Assembly: GCA_040753835.1 (NCBI GenBank)
Contig: JBFMDM010000001.1
Location: 1-63,633, forward strand
Direction: 5' to 3'
Origin: Planctomycetota bacterium
GTDB lineage: Bacteria; Planctomycetota; MHYJ01; JACQXL01
Length of the DNA: 63,633 nt
The notes under the pieces are model-generated. The model had not been told where the DNA came from. It saw only the letters and a list, made by a program, of their open reading frames with translations, and searched no databases. The translations under genes were made by a program, and so were the position numbers. Below, piece by piece: positions 42,645 through 52,609 of this stretch. Numbering within the stretch: the first letter of the stretch is position 1; each line of letters begins with the position of its first letter.

Positions 42645-44636
42645 ATGGGTCAGGAACGAGAAATCTACTGGCAAATCCCCAAAATCCTGGTCGTCATCCA
42701 TTACGGCCTTTTTATTATCGCCTCGGTCATTTTCCTATACGGCGTCTTCAGGCATTTCCGCCTGATTCGCCTGGGCAAGAAAGATAATAGGTTTGGCTCC
42801 ATTTCCAAACGGCTCTTTAATCTTATCTATTACGGCCTGTTCCAGCGCCGCATCCTAGAGCGCCCATATCAGGGCCTGACCCATACCGGTATCTTTTACG
42901 GCCTGGGCCTGCTCTATATCGGCACGCTTATTGTCCTGGTCCAGTCCGATTTCGGCATCGTTATCCTGACCGGTGCGTTCTATCAATACTTCTCGCTGGT
43001 GATGGACTTATCCGGCGCGGCCCTGATTCTCGGACTGGTCTTTGTCCTCATCCGCAGATATATTATCCGGCCGGCTGAACTTGATAACCAGGCCGACGAC
43101 CTTGTGGTCATCCTGTTCTTCGGCACGCTCGCCCTAACCGGCTTCTTCCTGGAATCAAGCCGGATGGTCGTCACCGAAATCCCGCAGAACCTGGCTATTA
43201 TGTGCTTTGAGCCGGTTGGGCTCCTGTTTGCCAAACTTATGCTCACCATGGGTATCAACGAATCCAATGTCCGCGCCTGGTATCCGTTTTTATGGTTCAC
43301 GCATTCAACTATTTTGGTGGCGCTCATTGCCTACCTGCCCTGGTCAAAACTTATGCATATATTCACCGCGCCGCTGAATATCTACTGCCGCGACCTGGAA
43401 CACCAGGGCACATTGGTCAATCTGGATTTGGAGACGTCAGAGGAATTCGGCATTACCAAGATAACCGATTTTACCTGGAAGCATCTCCTGGACCTTGATG
43501 CCTGCACCAGGTGCGGCCGCTGTAACACCGGCTGTCCGACCAATCTGAGCAATAAGCCGTTAAAGCCAAAGCAATTGATTCAGAACCTCAAGACGCATTT
43601 ATTCACCAAGGTGTCAAAATCCGCTCCCTTGCCAAATCTGGCCCCTGAAACCGCCTCATACGACGAAATTTGGGACTGCACCACCTGCGGATTCTGCCGC
43701 TCCAACTGTCCGGTCTTTATTGAGCATCCGCCCAAGATAGTGGAATTCCGACGGCACCTGGTCCTGGCTGAAAGCAATTTTCCGTCCGAGGTCAAGACGA
43801 TGTTCAAGAATATGGAAACCAACGGCAATCCCTGGCCGGTCAGTTGGGACAAACGGAGTGATTGGTGCAAGGATTCCGGCGTGAAAATACTCCGCGAGGG
43901 CGGGCAGGCCGATATCCTGCTCTGGGTGGGCTGTGCCGGCGCGACTGACGACCGCAATACCAGGGTGGCCAGCGCGCTGGTCAGGGTCCTGCAGAAGGCC
44001 GGAGTGGATTTCGCCATCCTTGGCAATGCCGAGCGTTGTTGCGGCGACCCGGCCCGCAGAATCGGCAACGAATACCTCTACCAACAACTGGCCGGCGAGA
44101 ATATTGAAACCCTCAAGAAATACAAATTCTCAAGGATACTAACCTACTGCCCGCACTGCTATAATACCCTCAGGAACGAATACCATCAGTTGGGCGCCGA
44201 TTTCTCCGTGCTCCACCATAGCGAATTCATCTGGGATTTGATTCGCTCCGGCAAACTCCAAATTAATAATTCAGAATTCATAACTAATAATTCGTTCGTG
44301 ACTTATCACGACTCCTGCTATCTTGGCCGGTATAACGACATCTACAATGCGCCCAGGCAAATTCTGAAATCCATTCCGGGCGTGGAATTCAGGGAAATGC
44401 CCCGTAACCACAAGAAGAGTTTTTGTTGCGGCGCGGGCGGCGGCCGGATGTGGATGGAGGAAAAACGCGGCACACGCATCAACCAAATTCGCATCCAAGA
44501 GGCGCAGGACACGGTCAAGGCGGGAACAGTCGTTACCGCCTGCCCCTATTGCCTGACGATGCTGGGTGACGGTATAAAGGAAAAGGGCATTGGCGATAAA
44601 CTCAAGGCGGTAGATATCGTAGAAATGCTATCGTAA
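42645..44636 (+). CDS. Membrane-bound HdrD/DsrK/GlpC-like Fe-S oxidoreductase fused to a NarI/DsrM-like membrane domain
   Basis: ~6 N-terminal TM helices, two ferredoxin motifs (CTRCGRCNTGCP and CTTCGFCRSNCP), and two CCG domains (ERCCGD...CPHCY and FCCGAGGG...CPYC). Confidence 0.75.
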   Translation: MGQEREIYWQIPKILVVIHYGLFIIASVIFLYGVFRHFRLIRLGKKDNRFGSISKRLFNLIYYGLFQRRILERPYQGLTHTGIFYGLGLLYIGTLIVLVQSDFGIVILTGAFYQYFSLVMDLSGAALILGLVFVLIRRYIIRPAELDNQADDLVVILFFGTLALTGFFLESSRMVVTEIPQNLAIMCFEPVGLLFAKLMLTMGINESNVRAWYPFLWFTHSTILVALIAYLPWSKLMHIFTAPLNIYCRDLEHQGTLVNLDLETSEEFGITKITDFTWKHLLDLDACTRCGRCNTGCPTNLSNKPLKPKQLIQNLKTHLFTKVSKSAPLPNLAPETASYDEIWDCTTCGFCRSNCPVFIEHPPKIVEFRRHLVLAESNFPSEVKTMFKNMETNGNPWPVSWDKRSDWCKDSGVKILREGGQADILLWVGCAGATDDRNTRVASALVRVLQKAGVDFAILGNAERCCGDPARRIGNEYLYQQLAGENIETLKKYKFSRILTYCPHCYNTLRNEYHQLGADFSVLHHSEFIWDLIRSGKLQINNSEFITNNSFVTYHDSCYLGRYNDIYNAPRQILKSIPGVEFREMPRNHKKSFCCGAGGGRMWMEEKRGTRINQIRIQEAQDTVKAGTVVTACPYCLTMLGDGIKEKGIGDKLKAVDIVEMLS

Positions 44637-45062
44637 ATAAATCAGCCCGTCCAGGAACAGTGCACCGCCGCCCAATATCATAAACAAAATCCCCAAGTCC
44701 GGCTTGACCTCAGCCAGTTTAAGGAAGACGTAAACATCGCTTGCTTCTATCCTGGTCCAGATAAAAAGCCCCAGGGCCGCCGCAATAATTCCGGCGACGA
44801 GTATTATGATACCGAAGACGGGTTTGGACGGCGCCAAAAGCGAGAGAAACCCGGAGAAGAACGTAACGGTAATAATAGCAATCAGGATTCCGAACGGCAG
44901 GCAGAGTTTCGGCTCGCTATAACCGTATGCGGTCTGGTTGACCAGCCCAAAGGTGCTTTTGCCGGTGGCCCAGGGCAGCGACAGCGCCCAGATTAACAGC
45001 CCCAGCCCGATAAGCAGCAGGAAGAAATGCATTACCCACAACAAGAAAGTCGGTTTTTTCAT
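44628..45062 (-). CDS. Small integral membrane protein (4 TM)
   Basis: 144 aa, almost entirely hydrophobic helices. Confidence 0.55.
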   Translation of the reverse strand: MKKPTFLLWVMHFFLLLIGLGLLIWALSLPWATGKSTFGLVNQTAYGYSEPKLCLPFGILIAIITVTFFSGFLSLLAPSKPVFGIIILVAGIIAAALGLFIWTRIEASDVYVFLKLAEVKPDLGILFMILGGGALFLDGLIYLR

Positions 45063-45074
45063 CGCAATAGATAG

Positions 45075-45293
45075 CCCGCATTATTCATAGATTTTTATAC
45101 AATTATGCTTAAGACCAACCCCGATATAATATTGGGATGCGGGTCATGCCAGAGGCAGATCCGTCTTCGGCTGGACAATCCCGCACCCCGCTCCAATCAA
45201 ATAGGGCGTGATGCGGGGCGAGATTATGGTATAAGCACAAATACCGAAAACAAACCGTTATCATTTTTAGCATCGTATGAATAATCCAAGATA
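45075..45293. repeat. Composite repeat, ATTATTCATA family, copy 2
   Basis: It starts cccgcattattcatagatttttatacaattatg and ends catcgtatgaataatccaagata. The interior differs from copies 1 and 3. Confidence 0.75.
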
Positions 45294-45409
45294 GTATTAC
45301 AGAACTCCGGCAAACGCAAGATTTATCCCGATTTAATATTTCTACGTTGCAGATTCCGGCAAAACCGCTATTTTACACGGAAACCAGGATTATAAAAATC
45401 CCCCTTGAT

Positions 45410-45505
45410 CCCGCACATAATATTTGTGTAAAATGCAGGATATCTAAGTAGATGTGGCAATTATTTCTATTCCCTGGAGGCGAATAATAATGCTTATGTG
45501 CGGGG
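45410..45505. mobile_element. 96-bp CACATAA-MITE copy
   Basis: Termini are cccgcacataa (45410-45420) and ttatgtgcgggg (45494-45505). Its left part (cacataatatttgtgtaaaatgcagg) matches a half-copy at 541-573. Confidence 0.8.
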
Positions 45506-45560
45506 CTTGACAAAACCGGATATCTATGCTATAATAACGGAATCAAAGGAGTAGCAATAG

Positions 45561-46001
45561 ATGAGAGGAATAATAATAACCACAGCGCTATTGGTGGTCA
45601 TCCTGGCACCGGGCTGGTATCTGATGAGCCAGAATACGGACCGGGACGGCGGGGCCGAGCCGGAATACGTCTGGAAACCGGTCCAGGCCAGGATTACCCA
45701 TTACAGTTGCAATGAAAAGACCGAGCGCAGATGGAAGGGCCGGACCTCGCTAAACAAATCCGCCCGCAACAATGACGGCGTGGCCGTTGACCCGAAGATA
45801 ATTCCCTACGGCTCCATTATCCACATTCCGGGCATCGGCACCCGCATCGCAGACGACACCGGCGGCAAATGCCGGCAATACGGCCGCAAGAATCAGATAC
45901 TCATTGACGTGCGCTGGAACGACAAGACCCGCAAGGAACTTTTTGATATGGGCGCAAACTGGCAGACCGTCTATGTCCTCCAAAAGGTCAGCAGCGATTA
46001 G
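45561..46001 (+). CDS. 3D-domain (MltA/RlpA-like double-psi beta-barrel) protein with N-terminal anchor
   Basis: ITHYS...GVAVDPKIIPYGSIIHIPGIG.RIADDTGG...ILIDV. Confidence 0.7.
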   Translation: MRGIIITTALLVVILAPGWYLMSQNTDRDGGAEPEYVWKPVQARITHYSCNEKTERRWKGRTSLNKSARNNDGVAVDPKIIPYGSIIHIPGIGTRIADDTGGKCRQYGRKNQILIDVRWNDKTRKELFDMGANWQTVYVLQKVSSD

Positions 46002-46209
46002 CCCGCATTATTCATAAATTTTTATGCAATTATGCTAAAGGCCGTGCATAGTTATTATATTATGCGGGCAATCCCGCACATAACTTCTGCTTTGGGCTAC
46101 CTAAGTTGAAGGTTATGTGCGGGGCTGGGCTATAAGATAAGTATAAAGATATAAGACGTCTTGGTATTATCTTAAGGGTAATATGGATAATCCAGATTAG
46201 CCATAAGGA
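46002..46209. repeat. Composite repeat, ATTATTCATA family, copy 3, containing a 52-bp CACATAA hairpin element (46073-46124)
   Basis: It starts cccgcattattcataaatttttatgcaattatg and ends atggataatccagatta. Its 3' end supplies the last 9 codons and the stop of prmC. Confidence 0.8.
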
Positions 46210-47035
46210 TGCGCGGAATCCGGTTATAGTCATTGAGGATTTTTATATCCCTGAAGCACCTGCCTTGCTTGGCCGTTCTCATCGTTTCCTTTGCCTGGCC
46301 GATGCCGATTTCCATCAATAGCCAGCCGCCGGGCTTAAGATGGTCCGGCGCATGTTTGATTATCTGCTCAATATAAAATAATCCCCGCCTATCAGCCCAA
46401 AGCGCTTCTGGCGGCTCGTATTTCAGTCCGGTCTGCCATCTGGATTTCTCTGCTTTGTCCACATAAGGCGGATTGGAAACAATGATATCCGCCTTGATTC
46501 CCTTAAACGGTCCAAATAAATCTCCGTGACAGAACTTGATGTGTTTATTGACCTTATGCCGCCGGGCATTAAGCCGGGCAATGCGCAGCGCCTTGTGCGA
46601 GATATCAGAGGCAAGGATGCGCAACCCTTCTGCCGCGCAGTGCTTGATGATGGAAACGGCAATGTTACCGCTCCCTGTTCCGATGTCTATAGCGTAGAGC
46701 GTAGAGCGTGGAGCATTATGCGTTAGGGCATCAACACATCGCAGCGCTTCTTCTACCAGCAATTCTGTTTCAGGCCTGGGAATCAGGACGTCCTGCGTAA
46801 CCAGAAAATCCAGCGACATAAATTCCTTGTGCCCGGTCAAGTACGCCACCGGCCAGCCCCTCTTATATTTGGCAAGCATCCTCCTGAATCTTGCATCCTG
46901 TATCGGAGTGATTACCCTGTCCGGGGTTTTATACAGGTCTATAGCCGGGTGCTTCAGGACGTGAGCCAGGAGGATTTCCATATCTGGTGGTTGATTGTTT
47001 GCTGAATACTTTGCCAGGGTTTGAGCGATATTCAT
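46172..47035 (-). CDS. prmC: Release-factor glutamine N5-methyltransferase
   Basis: DIGTGSGNIAV SAM motif and the IVSNPPY catalytic motif; adjacent to prfA. Confidence 0.9.
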   Translation of the reverse strand: MNIAQTLAKYSANNQPPDMEILLAHVLKHPAIDLYKTPDRVITPIQDARFRRMLAKYKRGWPVAYLTGHKEFMSLDFLVTQDVLIPRPETELLVEEALRCVDALTHNAPRSTLYAIDIGTGSGNIAVSIIKHCAAEGLRILASDISHKALRIARLNARRHKVNKHIKFCHGDLFGPFKGIKADIIVSNPPYVDKAEKSRWQTGLKYEPPEALWADRRGLFYIEQIIKHAPDHLKPGGWLLMEIGIGQAKETMRTAKQGRCFRDIKILNDYNRIPRILMANLDYPYYP

Positions 47036-47101
47036 TTGCCTTTTAACAGCGGGATTAAACGGATTTAACGGAAATCGGTTTAATCGGTTAAATCCTGTTG
47101 T

Positions 47102-48181
47102 TTATTTTGTGCTTCCGATATTCTGGAGTTTGAGTTTGCGGTCCTCTTCCAGCAGTTTATCAATCATTTCGTCCAGTTCGCCCTCCAGCACAGCCGGCAG
47201 GTTATGGATGGAAAAGTTAATCCGGTGGTCGGTCACGCGGTTCTGTGGGAAGTTGTAGGTGCGGATTTTCTCGCTCCGGTCGCCCGAGCCAATCTGGGTC
47301 TTGCGCATCTTGTCCCGCTCCTGCTTGTTCTTGGAGGCCATATTCTCATAGATGCGGCTGCGCAGGAGCCGCATTGCCAAATCCTTGTTGCGGTGTTGGG
47401 AGCGCTCCACCTGGCAGGCCACGACCGTATTGGTTGGGATATGCGTGATGCGCACGGCCGAGGCGGTCTTGTTCACGTGCTGGCCGCCCGGGCCGCCGGC
47501 TGAATAGGTGTCTATCTTCAAATCCTCGGGTTTTATCTCTATGTCCACCTCCTCGGCTTCGGGCAGGACCGCCACGGTTGCCGCCGAAGTATGAATCCGG
47601 CCGCTTGCCTCGGTCTTGGGCACCCTTTGCACCCGGTGCCCGCCGCTTTCAAACATTAGGCATTTATAGACATTCTCGCCCTCCACGGAAAAGACCACCT
47701 CCTTGAATCCGCCCAGGCCGGTCGGGCTTGAGTCCATCAGCAGGCATTTCCAGCCCTTGCGGTCCGCATACTTGGTGTACATCCGGAACAGGTCCGCGGT
47801 AAAGAGCGCGGACTCCTCGCCGCCCGTGCCGGCCCGGATTTCCATTATCACATTCCGGTTGCCCTGTTCCTGGTCCGTCAGGAACATCTCCTCCAGTTCG
47901 GACAGGATGGCCCTTTCTTTTTCCGAGAGCGTATTGATTTCTTCGGTGGTTAGGTCAATAAACTCCCTGTCATCCTTATGCTGGCTGATAAGTTCCCCGG
48001 CGTCCTTCTTTTGCCGGCGGGTCTCCTCCAGCGCTTTGATGCGTTCCACAAACCGGGAAAGCGACCCGCGCTCCTTCATCAGTCCGGCATAGCGCCCGGG
48101 ATTTCCGATGACCTCGGGCTGGACGATGAGTTTCTCAATCTCCTCGTACCGCTTCAGAATTTCAGCCAGTTTGTTTTTCAT
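47102..48181 (-). CDS. prfA: Peptide chain release factor 1
   Basis: GGQ motif [13 protein letters not shown] and the PxT-type recognition region (RVQRVPKTE). The start was taken at [16 protein letters not shown]. Confidence 0.95.
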   Translation of the reverse strand: MKNKLAEILKRYEEIEKLIVQPEVIGNPGRYAGLMKERGSLSRFVERIKALEETRRQKKDAGELISQHKDDREFIDLTTEEINTLSEKERAILSELEEMFLTDQEQGNRNVIMEIRAGTGGEESALFTADLFRMYTKYADRKGWKCLLMDSSPTGLGGFKEVVFSVEGENVYKCLMFESGGHRVQRVPKTEASGRIHTSAATVAVLPEAEEVDIEIKPEDLKIDTYSAGGPGGQHVNKTASAVRITHIPTNTVVACQVERSQHRNKDLAMRLLRSRIYENMASKNKQERDKMRKTQIGSGDRSEKIRTYNFPQNRVTDHRINFSIHNLPAVLEGELDEMIDKLLEEDRKLKLQNIGSTK

Positions 48182-48235
48182 AAATACAAATAGCCTGGAT
48201 TCCCGCTTCCGCAGGAATGACAAAACCGAAATTAG

Positions 48236-49549
48236 TTACGCACGGACAATGCGCTCATTCAGGCCGGTGACGCTTTTCGTGGCGTTGCGCGTGTCTATTA
48301 CCAGTTTGCTGCGCCGGACAATCCACTGGTAATCGTATGTTGTGTGGTCCGTGGAAATCACCACCGCATCCTGTTTCTTCAGCAGTTCGGCCGTCAGCGG
48401 CGCTGACTTCATCGCCGGGAATTTGTAGTGCCTCAGGTACGGCAGTTTCGGGATAAACGGGTCGTTGTAAACTACCTTTGCACCCTGCTCCCGGAAAAGT
48501 TCCGTCAGTTTCAGCGAAGGCGATTCTCTTAAATCATCCACGTCCTTTTTGTAGGCCATCCCCAAAATAAGGATGCGCGCGCCCTTGAGCGACCTGGAGC
48601 GCTTGTTCAGCGCCTCCATCGTTCTGGCCACCACGTAATAGGGCATTGAGATATTTATCTCGCCGGCCAGTTCTATGAATCTGGTCGTCATCTCGTATTG
48701 CCGCGCCTTCCAGGAAAGATAAAACGGGTCTATGGGAATGCAGTGCCCGCCCAGGCCAGGCCCGGGGTAAAAACTCTGGAACCCGAAGGGCTTGGTGGAT
48801 GCGGCTGAAATCACCTCCCAGATATTGATGCCCATCTTATCAAAGAGCATCTTGAGTTCGTTGACCAGTGCGATATTGACGCAACGGTAGATGTTCTCCA
48901 TTAGTTTGGTTGACTCGGCCACCCGCGCCGACGAGACCCTGACCACCTTAGCCACGGCCTGCTCATATAGCAGGACCGCGATGTCCGTGGCCATTTTATC
49001 AACTCCGCCCACCACCTTGGGTATCTTCTCAGTTGAGTATTTGGGATTGCCCGGGTCTTCGCGCTCTGGTGAGAAGGCCAGGTAAAAATCCTTCCCGCAT
49101 TTGAGGCCGGTCTTTTCCAGAATGGGACGGACCACCTCGTCGGTTGTGCCCGGATAGGTAGTGCTCTCCAGCACGATTAACTGTCCCTTGCGCAAGTTGG
49201 CCGCAATGCTCCGGGTCGTGTTTTCAATGTATGACATATCCGGGTCGCGCATTATAGTCAGCGGAGTCGGGACGCAGATAATGATGACGTCCATCCGGCG
49301 CAGTTCGCGGAAGTTGCCCGTGGCGTGGAATCCGTATTTCCTGCGCATCTCCTGCACCAACGTTGCCGGGATATGCTTGATATAGGATTTGCCGCTGTTT
49401 AGGGCCTTTATCTTGGCCGGGTCAATGTCAAATCCGGTTACCGGAAATCCCTTTTGGGAAAAGACCTTGGCTAAAGGCAGTCCGACATAGCCCATTCCGA
49501 TGATGCCGACCCTGGCTTTATGCGCCTTGATGAGTTCTGTAATCTTCAT
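48236..49549 (-). CDS. Nucleotide-sugar dehydrogenase (UDP-GlcNAc/ManNAc 6-dehydrogenase type)
   Basis: VGIIGMGYVGLPLA Rossmann motif and GGHCIPIDP catalytic Cys region. Confidence 0.85.
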   Translation of the reverse strand: MKITELIKAHKARVGIIGMGYVGLPLAKVFSQKGFPVTGFDIDPAKIKALNSGKSYIKHIPATLVQEMRRKYGFHATGNFRELRRMDVIIICVPTPLTIMRDPDMSYIENTTRSIAANLRKGQLIVLESTTYPGTTDEVVRPILEKTGLKCGKDFYLAFSPEREDPGNPKYSTEKIPKVVGGVDKMATDIAVLLYEQAVAKVVRVSSARVAESTKLMENIYRCVNIALVNELKMLFDKMGINIWEVISAASTKPFGFQSFYPGPGLGGHCIPIDPFYLSWKARQYEMTTRFIELAGEINISMPYYVVARTMEALNKRSRSLKGARILILGMAYKKDVDDLRESPSLKLTELFREQGAKVVYNDPFIPKLPYLRHYKFPAMKSAPLTAELLKKQDAVVISTDHTTYDYQWIVRRSKLVIDTRNATKSVTGLNERIVRA

Positions 49550-49567
49550 GGTTATCCAATCTATAAT

Positions 49568-50365
49568 TTATTCCGCCAGCAATATCTTGGTCATCACGAC
49601 CATCTCCAGGTATTCCATATTAAACGGCTTCATAATGTAGTCATAAGCGCCCAGTCTCATCGCCTCGCGCGTGCTCTGGTCGTCGTTCAGCCCGCTTATC
49701 ATTATGACCGGGATTTTCTTGTCTATCTGTTTCATCTTATTCAGGGCAACCAGTCCGTCCATTCCCGGCATCCGGATATCCATCAAGACCATAAAGGGCG
49801 TCTTCCTGTCCGCATCCTGTTTGGCGGAAACGTATTCAGTGACCGCCTTTACGGCTTCTTCGCCGCTTCCGGCCGTGGCTACCTCATAGCCCTGCCGGGC
49901 GAAGAATTTCTCCAGCATAAACCTGATTTCCGGCTCATCATCCACAACCAGGATTCTGCCCTTGGGCTTGGCCGCCGGCTGGGCGCGCTTGGCCTTGCGC
50001 TTTTCCAGCACGTAATTGACCGACTTCATAAAGAGTTCCACGCCCACGCCCTTGCGCAGAATTTCGGAAACGCCTAATTTGCGCGCCTGGGTCTCCAGGT
50101 CGTCTATATTCGCGCCGGTCAGGAGAATCACCTCTATCTGCGGGTCTATTTTGCGCATCCGGACAAACGCCTCAAGCCCGTTTATCCCCGGCATCATCAG
50201 GTCCATAATCACCAAATCCGGCCGCTCGCGCTCCAGCATCTTCACGCCCTCGTCACCGTTCGGCGCGGTGATGGCCTTGAATCCGTTCCTAGTCAGGACG
50301 TTATACAGCAGGTCGCGCATCACCAGTTCGTCATCCACAACAAGGACTTTTTCTTGGTTTGGCAT
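49568..50365 (-). CDS. Response regulator with two tandem receiver domains and no output domain
   Basis: KVLVVDDE...LVIMDLMMPGINGLE and RILVVDDE...MVLMDIRMPGMDGL. Confidence 0.85.
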   Translation of the reverse strand: MPNQEKVLVVDDELVMRDLLYNVLTRNGFKAITAPNGDEGVKMLERERPDLVIMDLMMPGINGLEAFVRMRKIDPQIEVILLTGANIDDLETQARKLGVSEILRKGVGVELFMKSVNYVLEKRKAKRAQPAAKPKGRILVVDDEPEIRFMLEKFFARQGYEVATAGSGEEAVKAVTEYVSAKQDADRKTPFMVLMDIRMPGMDGLVALNKMKQIDKKIPVIMISGLNDDQSTREAMRLGAYDYIMKPFNMEYLEMVVMTKILLAE

Positions 50366-50606
50366 AGAATTTCTCTCCCTTGGAGTAAGCATATTCAATT
50401 AATGATGAAAAGTCAATAATTCTCTGGACTCTTTTTCTTCCCGATAACTGATTGCTGCTACGAATTTTCTAATTACAGATTCGTAATTCGCCGATTCGTA
50501 ATTTGTAGAGTTAGGAATTCGTGGGGTTAATTTCTTGCCTTGTTCCCCAATATTTGCTATTTACAGCGCTTGATTATAAGCCGATATAGAAGAGAGGTTT
50601 GAGATT

Positions 50607-50771
50607 ATGCAAAGCACCTATCATCCGTCCAAGACCAGGCGCCGCAGGAAATACGGGTTCCGGGCCAGGATGAAGACCAAGGGCGGCCGCAAGGTCCTGT
50701 CGCGCCGCAGGGCACGTGGCTGCTGGAAACTCTCGGTCAGCGACGAAAAGACCCTGAAAAACAGGAAATAG
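50607..50771 (+). CDS. rpmH: 50S ribosomal protein L34 (absent from the ORF track because it is under 60 aa)
   Basis: [38 protein letters not shown]... matches the L34 consensus M.RTYQPS...R.HGFR.RM.T..GR.VL..RR.KGR. SD AGAGAGG upstream. Confidence 0.9.
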   Translation: MQSTYHPSKTRRRRKYGFRARMKTKGGRKVLSRRRARGCWKLSVSDEKTLKNRK

Positions 50772-50809
50772 CAATATCGCCTATCTGCGTAGTCCAGAGG
50801 ACTCTGCGT

Positions 50810-51292
50810 TTATCTGCGGCCCAGTTTCTTCTTAAGCGCATCCTGGATTTCCGCCGGTACGAATAGTTGCATATCCGCGCCCAGCGATACCGCCTCCTTT
50901 AACAGGTGCGACGAGATGTAGGAATATTTTTCGCAAGTCATTACGAAGACCGTTTCAATATCCGGCGCAATCGCCCGGTTGGTCAGGGCCATCTGGAACT
51001 CGTATTCAAAGTCCGAGATGGTCCTGATGCCGCGCAGGATAATATTGGTCTTTTGCTTCCGAACGTAGTCAATTAACAGCCCCTTGAATGAATCCACCCT
51101 GACATTAGGGTATTTGCCGATGACCTTTTTGATATGATTGACCCGTTCCTGTTTGCAGAAGATGGGGTTCTTGGCCGGGTTGTCGGCCACGGCCACGACC
51201 AATTCGCTGAAGATTTTAGCCCCGCGTTCAATGACATCAATATGCCCTTTGGTCAGGGGGTCAAACGTGCCTGCATAAATCGCCTTACTCAT
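50810..51292 (-). CDS. coaD: Phosphopantetheine adenylyltransferase
   Basis: AIYAGTFDPLTKGHIDVIERG and ILRGIRTISDFEYE. Confidence 0.95.
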   Translation of the reverse strand: MSKAIYAGTFDPLTKGHIDVIERGAKIFSELVVAVADNPAKNPIFCKQERVNHIKKVIGKYPNVRVDSFKGLLIDYVRKQKTNIILRGIRTISDFEYEFQMALTNRAIAPDIETVFVMTCEKYSYISSHLLKEAVSLGADMQLFVPAEIQDALKKKLGRR

Positions 51293-51294
51293 AT

Positions 51295-52593
51295 TTAACT
51301 CCTTCCGATTCCGTAATACACAAAACCCAGGTGTTTCATCTTGGTTGGCTCAAAGATATTCCGGCCGTCTATGATGACCGGCTTACGCAATAGTTTCTTC
51401 ACCCGGGCTAAGTTGGCCTTGCGGAATTCGTTCCATTCGGTGGCAATAAAGAGACAGTCGCTTTTCCGGAGCGCCTCGTATGCCGTGGCGCAGTAGTGGA
51501 TGTGCGGTAGAACTTTCCTGGTTTCGTGCATTGCCTGAGGGTCGTATGCCCTGATGCGCGCCTTTTGGCGCAGGAGTTCTTCTATTATATATAGCGAAGG
51601 CGATTCCCTGATGTCGTCCGTATTGGGCTTGAATGATAATCCCCAGACCGCAATGTGCTTGTTGCGCACGGTTCCGCCCAGGGCCTTCTTTATCTTGTTG
51701 ACCGCAACCTCGCGCTGGAAAACATTGGTCTTCTGCACGGCCTTGAGGATGCTGAAGTCATAGCCGAGTTTGTTGGAGATGTGGATAAAGGCGGCCACGT
51801 CTTTGGGGAAACAGAATCCGCCGTAGCCGATGCCGGCATTAAGGAAGTGCGGGTTGATGCGTTTGTCCATTCCGATGCCGCGCGTGACCATCCTGATATC
51901 CGCGCCGCTCTTTTCGCAGACATTGGACAACGCATTGGCGTATGAGATTTTCAGGGCCAGGAAGGAGTTGGCCGCATGCTTTATGAGTTCCGCGCTCTTG
52001 ATGTCGGTCACGAGTATAGGCGCTCGGAACGAACCGAAGACCTTGCGCATCGCCTTTTCGGCCTGCGCGGTCTTGACTCCGAATACGATGCGGTCCGGAT
52101 AGAGCGTGGTCCTGATAGCCGAGCCCTCCTGGAGGAATTCGGGATTGGAGACGATGTCAAAGCGGGCGCCCCTGGGCGCGTGCATTCTGATGATGCGCTC
52201 CATTTCATCTGCCGTGCCGACCGGCACCGTGCTTTTTTCCACGATGACCTTGTATTGGCTGTTCAAGTTATCTGCGATTTCCCTTGAGACCCGGCGGATT
52301 TGGGACAGGTTGGCGCCGCCCCATTTGCCCAGAGGCGTGCCGACCGAGATGAAGATGACCTCGGCAAAGCGCACGGCCTGGCTGATGTCCGTGGAAAAGC
52401 CCAACCGTTTGGCCTTGTGGTTGCGCCGGACCATCTCAGGCAGTCCCGGCTCGTAAAATGGCACAACCAGTTTGCGGAGCGATTCTATTTTCCTGCGGTC
52501 GCTGTCCACGCAGATGACCTTGTGTTTCTTTTCGGCTAAACACGCGCCGGTAACCAGGCCCACGTGCCCCGAGCCGATAATGGCAATTCTCAT
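51295..52593 (-). CDS. ugd: UDP-glucose 6-dehydrogenase
   Basis: MRIAIIGSGHVGLVTGACLA and GYGGFCFPKDV. Confidence 0.9.
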   Translation of the reverse strand: MRIAIIGSGHVGLVTGACLAEKKHKVICVDSDRRKIESLRKLVVPFYEPGLPEMVRRNHKAKRLGFSTDISQAVRFAEVIFISVGTPLGKWGGANLSQIRRVSREIADNLNSQYKVIVEKSTVPVGTADEMERIIRMHAPRGARFDIVSNPEFLQEGSAIRTTLYPDRIVFGVKTAQAEKAMRKVFGSFRAPILVTDIKSAELIKHAANSFLALKISYANALSNVCEKSGADIRMVTRGIGMDKRINPHFLNAGIGYGGFCFPKDVAAFIHISNKLGYDFSILKAVQKTNVFQREVAVNKIKKALGGTVRNKHIAVWGLSFKPNTDDIRESPSLYIIEELLRQKARIRAYDPQAMHETRKVLPHIHYCATAYEALRKSDCLFIATEWNEFRKANLARVKKLLRKPVIIDGRNIFEPTKMKHLGFVYYGIGRS

Positions 52594-52609
52594 AGCACTA
52601 CAAATAATA

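Noticed and set aside
50574-50774. A 66-aa minus-strand ORF.
   Set aside because: It is exactly antisense to the much better supported rpmH (L34) reading frame at 50607-50771.
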